DNA from: Eledone cirrhosa
Taxonomy: Eukaryota
Assembly (NCBI GenBank): GCA_964016885.1
Contig: OZ024740.1
Span: forward strand, 317,006,001 to 317,070,000
Length of the DNA: 64,000 nucleotides
Direction of reading: 5' to 3'
Positions 39,780 through 62,580 of the stretch are shown piece after piece (within the stretch, counting starts at the first letter, position 1; each line of letters begins with the position of its first letter). The translations under genes were made by a program, and so were the position numbers. The notes beneath the pieces were generated by a model, which saw nothing but the letters and a program-made list of their open reading frames with translations, was not told the DNA's origin and ran no database searches.

Positions 39780-41284
39780 TTATGAAAAATTAATAATAAT
39801 AAAAAATCTCTTCATAGTTATTTTTAGCAGATAAACAGTATTTGGTTTGGTTAGGTCACAAGACATAATTCATTCAAGTGGCTTTTCCATCCTGAGGAGA
39901 TATTTTCTTCTCCATAAGAGATTAACTATTACGTATTTAATCTTGTCTGTACAACTTGTTTTCATTTCATTTTATTTTATTTTTTATTTATTTTTTTGTG
40001 TCATTCAATTAAAATAAGCACCATCGTTATATATATATATACACAGTATATATATATATATACAGTATATATATATATATATATATACAGTATATATATA
40101 CATACAGTATATATATACAGTATATATATATATACAGTAGATATATATATATATATATACAGTATATATAAATTAGGTATATTTTTGTCTATTTGTTCTT
40201 TACACACACACATATATTTGCCGTTACGTAAAATATATTATATCATTGGGAGTAAAAATTTTAAATTTCAGTTACTAAGAAAGAAAATTCCATTCTGCTC
40301 TGCCAAAAGAAATCTATTTTTATTCTTCTTTTACATATATTTAAATATAAAATTTAAAACAATTTTCTATTTACTTATATGACAAATAATTTCAATTATC
40401 ACCATTATTATTATGGTACATTATTATTACACCCGTGTAATAATAAAATATTATGGAGTTCTCGGGTGGAGGGAACCACAAAAAATATAAATAAACGAGT
40501 AATTTACGATGGCAATGTTCGTTTAAAACGTATTAACAAATCAAGAAAAAATTTTTCACCTTCAAAATTTAATCTAATCTATCCTTAAAATTGAAAATGT
40601 TTTCCTATTACACCCGTCTCCGAGCCAGGTGTATTAATAATAAAAAAATTGCCATTATTTTTATTATTATCATTTTAAAATAATAAATTATAGTAACCAC
40701 TAGTTCAAGGTTGGTGTATTTACGTTTTATCGCTGGATGTCAATGATTAGCCTCTGATTAAAAAACAAGAACAAACAAAATAAAACCAACAACCTCTCCT
40801 CTACTCTATCTCTGAGGCATCTTCCATACATCGTTAAATACCCACAGAAGGTGCGTGTCTCCATTACAGTTGCTACATAATTATAGGGTATCTTTCTTTC
40901 AGCTTGGGCTGCTGTCCCCCTCCCCTCTGTCGAAAATAGATTAACGAAACAAATTAAACAAACACTAGTGTGTGTAGAATGTTATCTTACCTTACCTTAC
41001 CTTACTTAGCTGTTGATCTTTTTAAACCAAGCAGCTTCAGGTGTTGTCAGTATTGCCTTATTGTCTTACTGGGCGACTGCTTAACTTTGACTCTTCAGTC
41101 ACACATCATATGTGTATGTGTGATCATCATTACCAACGTTTTACGTCCATTTTCCCACGCTAGCATGGATTAGATAAGTTATCTTGCACATACAGAACTG
41201 ATTTTAGCTCGGTTTCAACAACAGGATGCACTTCCTAACGCCAGCCTCATTTACAGTTAGTAGTGGGTGCTTTTTGTCGTGACA

Positions 41285-41349
<65 letters not shown>

Positions 41350-41371
41350 GTGTGTATATATATATATATAC

Positions 41372-41537
<166 letters not shown>

Positions 41538-41634
41538 ATATATATATATATATGTGTGTGTGTATATATATATGTGTGTGTGTATATATATATATATATA
41601 TGTGTGTGTATATATATATATATATGTGTGTGTA

Positions 41635-41851
41635 TCATCATCATCATCATCATCAACGTTTAACGTCCGTGTTCCACGCTTGCATGGGTTTGGACGGGGG
41701 TAGTCCCACTTGAGGCAAGAGTGATTGTCTTGCTCGCATAGGACTGTCTGGCAGGTTTTCTACAGTTGGATGCCCTATGTATATATATATATATATATGT
41801 GTGTGTGTATATATATATATATATGTGTGTGTGTGTATATATATATATATA

Positions 41852-41882
<31 letters not shown>

Positions 41883-41889
41883 GTGTATG

Positions 41890-41929
<40 letters not shown>

Positions 41930-42292
41930 TGTGTGTGTATGTATATATATATATATATGTGTGTGAGTATGTATATATATATATGTGTGTATGTATCATC
42001 ATCATCATCATCAGGTTTAGCGTCCGTGTTCCACGCTTGCATGGGTTTGGACGGGGGTTTTCCCACTTGAGGCAAGAGTGGTTGTCTTGCTCGCATAGGA
42101 CTGTCTGGCGGGTTTTCTACAGTTGGATGCCCTTCCTAACACCAACCACATTTACAGTGTGGGGCTGGGAGGTTTTTACCGTGTTGCCTACACGGCCACA
42201 TTACAGCGTGGACTGTCTGGCGGGTTTTCTACAGCTGGATGCCCTTCCTAACACCAACCACATTTACAGTGTGGGGCTGGGAGGTTTTTACC
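41635..42292 (-). mobile_element. Two RTE 3' UTR fragments separated by a TA/TG microsatellite
   Basis: 41655-41776 and 42014-42292, the latter with an internal duplication. Confidence 0.85.
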
Positions 42293-42387
42293 ATATATAT
42301 ATATATGTGTGTGTATGTATATATATATATATGTGTGTGTATATATATATATATGTGTATATATATATATGTGTGTATATATATATA

Positions 42388-42433
<46 letters not shown>

Positions 42434-42482
42434 AAATAAAGTTAAATAAAAGTCAAATGATTAAAATTTAGCTTCGTTTATT

Positions 42483-42537
42483 ACTGCTATATATATTTCA
42501 GTGACAGCCATCTTTGGCTGTGACCTCTTCAGGCAGT
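42483..42537 (-). ncRNA. Type I minimal hammerhead ribozyme motif (mirror copy)
   Basis: Exact reverse complement of 42766-42820. Confidence 0.82.
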
Positions 42538-42765
42538 TTGAATTAGTATGGTATAGACAAGTACATATGTTGTTTAGGTGTATGATATTGTCAATACTCT
42601 GATATGCCCAGTTCCTTGTTGGGTTGTTAATTCACTGGGGAACTGGAGTCATATATGTGAATTAACAGTGAATTAACAACCCAACAAGGAACTGGGCATA
42701 TCAGAGTATTGACAATATCATACACCTAAACAACATATGTACTTGTCTATACCATACTAATTCAA

Positions 42766-42820
42766 ACTGCCTGAAGAGGTCACAGCCAAAGATGGCTGTC
42801 ACTGAAATATATATAGCAGT
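42766..42820 (+). ncRNA. Type I minimal hammerhead ribozyme motif
   Basis: ACTGC-CTGAAGA-GGTCACAGCCA[AAGA]TGGCTGTCACT-GAAAT-ATAT-ATA-GCAGT; perfect 5-bp stem I, intact core, AATAAA immediately after. Confidence 0.82.
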
Positions 42821-42966
42821 AATAAACGAAGCTAAATTTTAATCATTTGACTTTTATTTAACTTTATTTTACACTACTCCGGAGTAACCAAACCAACCTG
42901 CGCACTTCGTCGAGTGCTCCAGCCTGCATACTGAGGTGTTGGTATACAACCAACATAAACTCAAAA

Positions 42967-44766
<1,800 letters not shown>

Positions 44767-44767
44767 G

Positions 44768-44862
44768 ACAACCAATCTTGCCTCAAGTGGGAAAATTCCC
44801 GTCCAAACCCATGCTAGCGTGGAAGATGGACGTTAAACGATGATGATGATGATGATGATGAT
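44768..44862 (+). mobile_element. RTE terminal ~70 bp plus (GAT)n
   Basis: Matches 21051-21150. Confidence 0.85.
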
Positions 44863-44928
44863 ATGTATATGTATATATATATGTATATATATATGTATAT
44901 ATGTATATGTATATATGTATATATATGT

Positions 44929-45540
44929 ATGTCAGGTCACCACTTGGTGCTACTGGTAACATGTATCCCAGTACAACCTGTCTCATGGTCGGGTCGTTGG
45001 CGACTAAACTGGCAACCCCACTAAGGTTTCTTGGTGAGGAGGGTGACTTTGGACATCCTGCAGGACTAAAAACAAAACCTGTCAAAGGGCAAAGGAGCTC
45101 TTAAGAGTCAATGGCCATCCAAAATCACTGGGAGAGATGACCCCTTAGCCTTTGTCAAGGCAGAATTCTAGGAGAAGGAAAACTCTGATATAACACCTGC
45201 AACCCTGATGGTATCCAATGATGTTGACTTGTTCTTCTTTTTGGTAAATATCATCTTGGTTAAGAGAGTGGGACTGGCTTTGTGCAGTGCCTTTGCTCAC
45301 TATAAAAGCTTCACGGCACAGGCATTGCTTTATATCTGGAGATCTCTCTGCACTTGCCGTCACATGGTACCATGGGCCCAGCACTATGTGTCAATAATTG
45401 TCACAAGTGTAGTGTTTGTACCAGAGTTTTCAAGTCGCTGACTGGACTAAAAAGTCACACTCGTTCAGCGCATCGGTAGGGGTTCTCCTACATGGATATA
45501 AAGTAGTGGCCGTACTCGAAAACGAGTTGGCAGCCACCAT
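44929..45540 (+). mobile_element. Internally deleted non-autonomous RTE derivative ending in a C2H2 zinc-finger coding stretch
   Basis: [25 protein letters not shown] at ~45403-45480; 5' end repeated at 61895-61935(-); 3' terminus shared with 31313-31346. Confidence 0.65.
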
Positions 45541-45569
45541 ATATATGTATATGTATATATATATATATG

Positions 45570-45614
<45 letters not shown>

Positions 45615-45653
45615 GTATATGTATATATATATATATGTATATATGTATATATG

Positions 45654-45686
<33 letters not shown>

Positions 45687-45735
45687 GTATATGTATATAT
45701 ATATATGTATATATATATATATGTATATATATATG

Positions 45736-45766
<31 letters not shown>

Positions 45767-46359
45767 TAAGACAGGGGGGAAGAAAAAATGGCTTCACTTG
45801 TGCTTTCAACAAATTTATTTTCTTCACAAAATCCAAAAAAAATTTTTCTTAAAAGAAATTATTTTATAAATTAAGTTGTTGGTTGTTGGTTAGGTCTTAG
45901 GAGTTCTTGGTTAACGTAGTAGGTCTTAGGAGTTCTTGGTTAACGTAGGAGGTATTGTTTCGTTTTTAGAAAGACCTTTCACGCTGAGGTGCGCTTGTCA
46001 AACTTATGTGTATGTGGTGTGTTGTTCTATATATAGGGATTTAACATGTCTGTGGTGTGGTGGGGGTTTCTTTTCTCCCCCTTTAATATGTGCATGGGTG
46101 TAGGTGTGTTGAAAAAGTGTTCATAGCAGTAATGAGTTGAGACGGTGAGTAGGGTTGGGTGGGGAGAAATGTAGCAAGTGCGGCCTGCCCCGGTCATTCT
46201 CGAAAAATTCCTTTATTCAGGGGAAAAGCTTTTAGTATTGCTTTTGTGTTGAGAATGGTCACAGGCAAATCGCACCTGTCAAGTTTGTGAATAATTATTA
46301 TTTTCTTTTTTTCCTGAAGAATTTTTCTACGTCCATCCCAAAGTTAGTCCTTTGTTCAA

Positions 46360-46545
46360 CACACACATATGTGTGCATATACGTACATACACACACGGGC
46401 ATATGTAGGAATATATAGGCACACACCATCAATCACACACCCATGTACAAATACATCCACATACATACACAAAAACATATAGAGACACATAAAAACACAC
46501 ATACACATACGTACACACACGAATATGTACTCATACCTCCACATG

Positions 46546-46599
<54 letters not shown>

Positions 46600-46668
46600 T
46601 ACATACACATATATATATATATACATACATACATACATATACACATACACACACACGAATATATATAT

Positions 46669-46723
<55 letters not shown>

Positions 46724-47134
46724 TACATGTACATACATACATATACATACATATACACACATAAAGATACATAACTAAATATACATATATACACATACAC
46801 GCACACATACATACACACACACACGCACGTGTATACACACACACACACACACACATATACATATGTCCGTATATATACCCCTCCGTTCACACATACATGC
46901 ATACACACACACACATACACACATACATCTATATATATACACATATAAAGAGAGAGGCATACACACGCACACATACATATATATATATACATACACACAC
47001 ACACATATATATATATATACATATACATATACATACACATACGTACACAAACACATACAGACACATACACACATATACACATACATATACACATACATAC
47101 ATATCCATATACATACATATACACACATACATAT

Positions 47135-47169
<35 letters not shown>

Positions 47170-47211
47170 CATAAACATACACATACAAGTACATACATAC
47201 ACACATACATG

Positions 47212-47261
<50 letters not shown>

Positions 47262-47570
47262 TACATATATATATATACATATATATACACACACACACAT
47301 ACATACACACATACATATATACATATATATATATGTGCGTACACACGATCACATAAAGACACATATACACATACACACATATATACATATATATACATAT
47401 ATATACACATACATCTACATACATACATACATATACACAAACAGAAACGTACACATATGTACACACATATACATATATGCACATACATACACACACACAC
47501 ACATATATATAAGTACATACACATACATACACACACACATAAACATACATATCTATCCATATATATATCA
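46360..47570. repeat. CA/TA/CATA compound microsatellite
   Basis: Direct reading. Confidence 0.92.
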
Positions 47571-47935
47571 TCATCATCATCATCATCATCATCAACGTTT
47601 AACGTCCGTGTTCCACGCTTGCATGGGTTTGGACGGGGGTAGTCCCACTTGCGGCAAGAGTGATTGTCTTGCTCGCAGAGGACTGTCTGGCAGGTTTTCT
47701 ACAGTTGGATGCCCTTCCTAACACCAACCACATTTACAGTGTGGGTCTGGGAGGTTTTTACCGTGTTGCCTACACGGCCACATTACAGCGTGGACTGTGT
47801 GTTTTTTTGTCGTGACACCTACACGATCTCATTTGTTTCGGCCTCGATGGCGCGGCACCAACATAACTTTACATAGAACGGGGTGGTGTGGATGGGGTGG
47901 GGGTGGTGGTGGTGGGACGGGGTGTATTTTGTTAG
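47570..47935 (-). mobile_element. RTE 3' UTR fragment
   Basis: Reverse-complement match to 61083-61330 plus terminal motif and (ATC)n. Confidence 0.9.
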
Positions 47936-50407
<2,472 letters not shown>

Positions 50408-50409
<2 letters not shown>

Positions 50410-50879
50410 AGAGGGTGTTAAAGTTTGCTTGAAGCATTGTGAAATGTGTAAAAATACGTATTAAGAAAGCCACAACAATGCAAAGGGAAATCTCGAGGTA
50501 GGAAGTGAAATATAGATAGGAAAAACAGGTGAAAGTGAAAATTGAGAGAGACAAAGATGAAAACAAAACAAAGGTAGAAGGGTTACCGTAGTAGAGATTT
50601 AATCCCAATATTTCGGGCTCACGCCCATCAACGGGGGAAAGGTTCCAAAAGGGGCCTGTTGGCCTGTTTCCCCCCTTTTGGAACTTTTCCCCCGTTGATG
50701 GGCGTGAGCCCGAAATATTGGGATTAAATCTCCACTACGGTAACCCTTCTACCTTTGTTTTGTTTTCATCTTTGTCTCTCTCAATTTTCACTTTCACCTG
50801 TTTTTCCTATCTATATTTCACTTCCTACCTCGAGATTTCCCTTTGCATTGTTGTGGCTTTCTTAAATACGTATTTTTAT

Positions 50880-50880
<1 letters not shown>
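50408..50880. mobile_element. Fold-back element: ~205-bp near-perfect arms with hammerhead-like motif, left extension
   Basis: Arms ~50449-50654 / 50672-50878; TTCCC-CCGTTGAT-GGGC[GTGA]GCCC-GAAATATT-GGGA at ~50687-50723. Confidence 0.75.
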
Positions 50881-57317
<6,437 letters not shown>

Positions 57318-57826
57318 ATATTTTAAATATATTTGTTATTTTTCAAACCCTTAATTCCCGGTCCTTAATATTCTTCTCCCCCTCCACCACACTCTACAAC
57401 ATGCGGTCACCCCCCCCCTCTCTCTCTCTCTATCCATATACATATATAAGATAAAGTAATTCACTTTCGCCAATTTGTGGCAGATTCTCATTCATGGTAA
57501 AATGTAATGTACTCATTTTTCTAGCTTTCTAACATCCGCTTATTCCATAGTCCTTCCAAACCTATTTCCTCCTGTATTTTCCAAAACAAATCTCTTGTAT
57601 TTTGTCCTGATTGTAAAATACGGAAGTTTTTGGCGTATTTTACTAAACAAATCTTGTATTTTTGTTTACGTTCGTTAAATACTAGGATCTAACTTAAACC
57701 TATTCTTCCCGCTAACAACTCAACACCCCTCCCTCCGGCCCCCACGCACCACCATTATTATCACGTGGACCAATCATAAGCCAGAGGCCTATACTATCGC
57801 TTACCTGGTCGCCTTCGGTATGTAGG

Positions 57827-59805
57827 ATGGAAGGACTACGGAGTTCCGGAGAGTTGAAGAGCGAAAAATCTGGACGCTCAGCGACAATGCCAAAGTTAAA
57901 GACAAACACACCTCGTGGACGAGAATGCGAGCATGCCTCTTTGTTTCGGCCGCGGATGGCTAACACAACCCCATCTCCCCCCGCTCCCCACCTTTCCCAC
58001 CCCCCAAACGCAATCCAAAACTTCAGATTTGGTACCTTGAATGTAGGCACCTTAAAGGGTCGCTCTAACGAGGTTGTAGAAATGCTTGAACGTAAGGAGG
58101 TCGATGTTTGTTGTATTCAAGAGACCAGGTGGAGGGGTGGATCTCCTAGATTCATTGTGGGTAGAAAACGATGCTATAAGCTTTTCTGGGTGGGAAATGA
58201 CAATGGGCTGGGTGGGGTAGGAATCATGGTAGAAGAAAAGTGGGCACATAAGATAATAGACGTAAATAGAGTGAACGACAGAATAATTAAAATAAGACTT
58301 GTCCTCAATAGAACCACGGTGACAGTAATATCCGTGTACGCACCCCAATCCGGACTGCCCAGCACTATAAAAGACAGATTCTACGAGACACTGATGCTCA
58401 CTACCTCCCAAATAACCGACAGTGACTATATAATTATTGCAGGCGACCTAAACGGTCACGTTGGACAACATTGTGACGGCTACGACGAAATCCATGGAGG
58501 CTATGGGTTTGGTACTAGAAATGAGGAAGGCTCCAGAATCCTGGAATTCTGTGACGCAAATAACCTAACTAACTGCAACACTAACTTCAAAAAACGAGAC
58601 AATCACTTGATCACCTACAGATCAGGGGAACATACCAGCCAGGTAGATTATATCCTTACCAGAAGACGTGACAAAGTGACTGTTGTAAACACTAAATCCC
58701 TCCCCCATGAAGAATGCACCTCCCAACATAGACTGATAATTAGCGACCTAATAGTCAGGACGAGACGTACTAGACAACAGAAGAGGACTACCCTCGGGAG
58801 AAAATTATGGAAGCTAAAGGACCCCACAGCCAAAAATAAATTCCAAAGCATATTACTTGATGCTTTCGACAGTAAGGAAGAGCAATTAGAGTCGTACAAG
58901 GTAGAGGAACAGTGGGAATTCCTGAAAGCAAACCTGCTGTTGGCGACAGACGAAGTCTGTGGCTGGAGCAGGCCTGTAGGCAGGAGGAGAGTAACATGGT
59001 GGTGGAACAGTAAGGTGGAGGGGTCAATTAAGGCCAAAAAGCAGGCTTGGAAAGTATGGCGGGATGGGGGAAGCAGAGAAGACTATCAAGTGGCCAGGAG
59101 GGAAGCTAGGAGACAAGTGTACTTCGCAAGAAGGGAAGCAGAGGAAAGAAAGTTCAAGCATGTTCTACAACGTGAGGACCAAAAACGTGAGGTGTTCAGG
59201 ATTGCTAGGCAATGTGTCAAGGAAAACAGTGATATTGTCGGGGAGAAGTGTGTACTTAACGATGACGGCGTACTTGCCATCACCGACGCCGATAAGAAGG
59301 TAGCTTGGAAGTGTCACTATGAAAGGCTACTAAATGAGGAGAATAAATGGGAGAAAGACAGTCTCCCCCACATCGACCCAATAGAGGGACCAGCAGTGTT
59401 AGTCGAGGGTAGTATAATAAGTAAGGCAATCAAAGATATGAAGACAGGCAAGGCGGCTGGGCCTTCGGAAATAGTTGCCGAGATGCTGAAGGCATCTGGT
59501 ACGGTGGGACACACCATGGTCACCCGGATAGTCAACCAAGTCATACAGAATGGGGTTGTTCCGAAGGACTGGCGTAGCAGCATCATCGTTAACTGTTATA
59601 ATGGTAAAGGAGATGCCCTAGATAGGAGTAACTATAGAGGCATTAAATTAATCGACCAGGTCATGAAGGTCACGGAAAAAGTAATAGCGCAACTAATCAG
59701 AGAGCGAATTGATCTAGTAGATGAAATGCAGTTCGGGTTTGTGTCAGGAAAAAGTACCACAGACGCTCTTTTCATTGTACGACAACTACAGGAGAAGTAC
59801 CTAGC
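57827..59805 (+). pseudogene. RTE ORF N-terminal part: apurinic-like endonuclease and start of RT
   Basis: GTLNVGTL, CCIQETRW, SVYAPQ, AGDLNGHVG, SQVDYIL, SQHRLI; NYRGIKL, QFGF, STTDALF. Confidence 0.93.
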
Positions 59806-61046
59806 TATACTTAGCTTTCGTCGACTTGGAGAAGGCCTTCGACAGAGTCCCCCATTCCATTATCTGGTGGGCTCTTAGAAAACTAGGTGTTGATGAATGG
59901 CTTGTGAGAGCTATACAAGCCATGTATAAAGAAACAGTCAGCAAGGTTAGAATTAACAACGAATATAGTGAAGAGTTTAGTGTAAAAGTTGGTGTTCATC
60001 AGGGATCTGTTCTTAGCCCCCTACTATTTATTATTGCCCTCCAGGCTATAACAGTGGAGTTCAAGACCGGCTGCCCATGGGAACTCCTATATGCAGATGA
60101 TCTAACGCTCATAGCTGAATCAATGGCCGAGCTAGAGAAGAAATTCCAAACATGGAAGCACGGCCTAGAATCAAAAGGCCTTAAAATTAACCTGGCTAAG
60201 ACTAAAGTTCTAGTTTGTAAGAAAGAAAATAAGGCACCAGTCCCATCCGGGAAGTGGCCATGCGCAGAGTGTAGGAAAGGCGTAGGTAGAAACTCCATTT
60301 TGTGTCCCAAATGCAAAGTTTGGGTGCATAAAAGATGTAGTGGTATCACAGGTAAGCTAACTAAGAACATAAATTTTACATGTGGCCGGTGTTCTGGGGC
60401 AGTAAGTAGCAGCAAGTGCCCACAAAATACTAGCTCTTTCAGCTGCGCAGAGGGTTCTATAGAAATAGTGGACAGCTTCCGTTACCTGGGTGACAAAATC
60501 AGCAGTGGGGGAGGGTGCTCTGAAAGTACAGTAGCTAGAGTCAGAACTGGGTGGAAAAAGTTCAGAGAGCTTATACCACTATTAGCCGCTAAAGGGTTCT
60601 CCCTAAAAATGAAAGGCAGGTTGTACGATGCCTGCATACGAACAGCAATGTTGCATGGCAGTGAGACCTGGGCATTGTGTGCAGAAGATATACGCAGACT
60701 AGAGAGAAACGAAGCTTGCATGCTCCGCTGGATGTGTAATAGTAATATACGTGAACGACAAAGCATAAACGAACTAAGGAAAAAATTAGAAATAAGAGGG
60801 ATCAGATGTTGTCTACTCGAGAGAAGGCTACGTTGGTATGGTCACGTAATGCGCATGAAGGACGATAGCTGTATAACAAAGTGCAGGGCAATAAAGATAG
60901 ACGGTAGCCACGGAATAGGCAGACCCAGAAAAACCTGGGATGAGCTGATAAACTCCGACCTCACACACTTACACCTCACCAAGACAATGTCACTGGACCG
61001 AGACCTTTGGCGGTACTCAGTAATAGAGAATACCCGCCTTACCTAA
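59806..61046 (+). pseudogene. RTE ORF C-terminal part: RT core, PHD-like insert, thumb
   Basis: AFVDLEKAFDRV, GVHQGSVLSPLLF, YADD, C4HC3 insert, FRYLG, LRWYGHVMR, GRPRKTW. Confidence 0.93.
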
Positions 61047-61486
61047 ATACATAGTAAAACCTACTACAGCCAGTAGGCATCTCTAACAAAATACACCCAC
61101 GTCCCACTACCCACACCCCATCCATACCACCCCCTCCTATGTAAAGTTATGTTGGTGCCACAACATCCAGGCCGAAACAAATGAGATCGTGTAGGTGTCA
61201 CGACAAAAAAACACACAGTCCACGCTGTAATGTGGCCGTGTAGGCAACACGGTAAAAACCTCCCAGTCCCACACTGTAAATGTGGTTGGTGTTAGGAAGG
61301 GCATCCAACTGTAGACAACCTGCCAGACAGTTATCCAAAGAAGAATCCAAATAGAATAAAATATATAATCAGATATAAACTCATAAGGTGTTAATAGTGA
61401 AAATATAATATTTAAGAAGATAGATATGGTATGGTAGCCAACAGACTATGAAAGCTAGAATGAAAAGCTGTTAAAAACCAATAATA

Positions 61487-61625
61487 ATAATTGTTTCTAC
61501 TTTAGGCACAAGGCCAGCAATCACCCAGTGCATTACTGGTACTTTATTTTATCGACCCCGTAAGGATGAAAGGCAAAGTCAACCTCGGCGGGATTTGAAC
61601 TCAGATCATAAAGGGACGTAACTAT
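61487..61625 (-). mobile_element. Meta-like SINE lacking its 5' head
   Basis: Same body as 443-631. Confidence 0.82.
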
Positions 61626-62083
61626 GCTGGAAATAATGATGATAATGATGGTGGTAAACAAAATGAACCTAAACTAAAAAGATAAGGGAATATAGCAGCT
61701 AATGGATACAATTTACACTACTAGAACCTTTAGGTTTATAATAAATGTATATATATATGTATATATATACACATATATATACATATATATACACATATAT
61801 ATACATATATATATATACATATATATATACATATATATACATATATATGTATATATACATATGTATATATATATGTATATGTATATATATATATGATACA
61901 TGTTACCAGTAGCACCACCTGGTGACCTGACATGACTTACATACATACAAACATACATACTTACATTTAAGTAAGTGCCGTACTCAGAGTGAGAAATGAA
62001 ATTTTGTTTCCTTCTATTCCATTTATATATATATATACATGTATATGCATATATATATACAATATATATACATATATATATAC

Positions 62084-62172
62084 AATAATATTGCCAGAAT
62101 TAATAACCAAACAGTGAGTGTGTTCTGTTATTAATTCTGGCAATATTATTACACAAATATGAACCTCCCCAT
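62084..62172. repeat. Short fold-back (24-bp arms) in TA microsatellite
   Basis: AATAATATTGCCAGAATTAATAAC / GTTATTAATTCTGGCAATATTATT. Confidence 0.8.
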
Positions 62173-62212
62173 ACATATATATATATACATATATATACAT
62201 ATATATATATAT

Positions 62213-62548
62213 CATCATTTCATTTTACGTCCGCTTTTTCCCTGCTTGCAAGGGTGGGACGCGAACTGATTCTGGCTTGATTTCTACAACTGGATGCCCT
62301 TCCTAACACCAACCTCATATACAGTGAGTGCTGGGTGCTTTTTGGCCGTGGCACCTACACGACCACTTTGCAGTGGAATGATTTAGACCCCCAGTCCCTA
62401 TCATCTCATTTTTACAGATGAGTAAACTGGAGCAATGTGAAATAAAGTGTCTTGCTCAAGGAAACAACACATCACCCGGTCTGAGAATTGAACTCACAAC
62501 CTTTCGATTGCAAGGCTAATGCTCTAACCACTAAGCCATGTGCCTCCA
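62213..62548 (-). mobile_element. Full CORE-type SINE with RTE-derived 3' tail
   Basis: tRNA head, CORE-like domain, and a tail homologous to the RTE 3' UTR (TGGATGCCCTTCCTAACACCAACC). Confidence 0.87.
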
Positions 62549-62580
62549 TCATATATATATATATATGTATATATATATAC

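Larger units (their letters stand above)
42432..42966. mobile_element. Fold-back element: 206-bp perfect arms, 28-bp spacer, right extension; PLE-like inverted pLTR
   Basis: Arms 42432-42637 / 42666-42871; hammerhead in each arm; extension 42872-42966; (TA)n on both sides. Confidence 0.82.
57710..61330 (+). mobile_element. Near-full-length RTE-clade LINE (APE + RT), one frameshift, 3' end clipped
   Basis: ORFs 57827-59878 and 59826-61046; 3' UTR matches many fragments but lacks the last ~70 bp and the (ATG)n tail. Confidence 0.95.

Noticed and set aside
42432-42871. Interpretation of the fold-backs as miRNA precursors or classical MITEs
   Set aside because: Arms are too long and perfect for miRNA precursors; asymmetric extensions, hammerhead cores and variable fold points are not typical of TIR MITEs
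45403-45480. Host C2H2 zinc-finger gene exon
   Set aside because: Single finger followed by a stop and a retroelement-type terminus shared with 31313-31346
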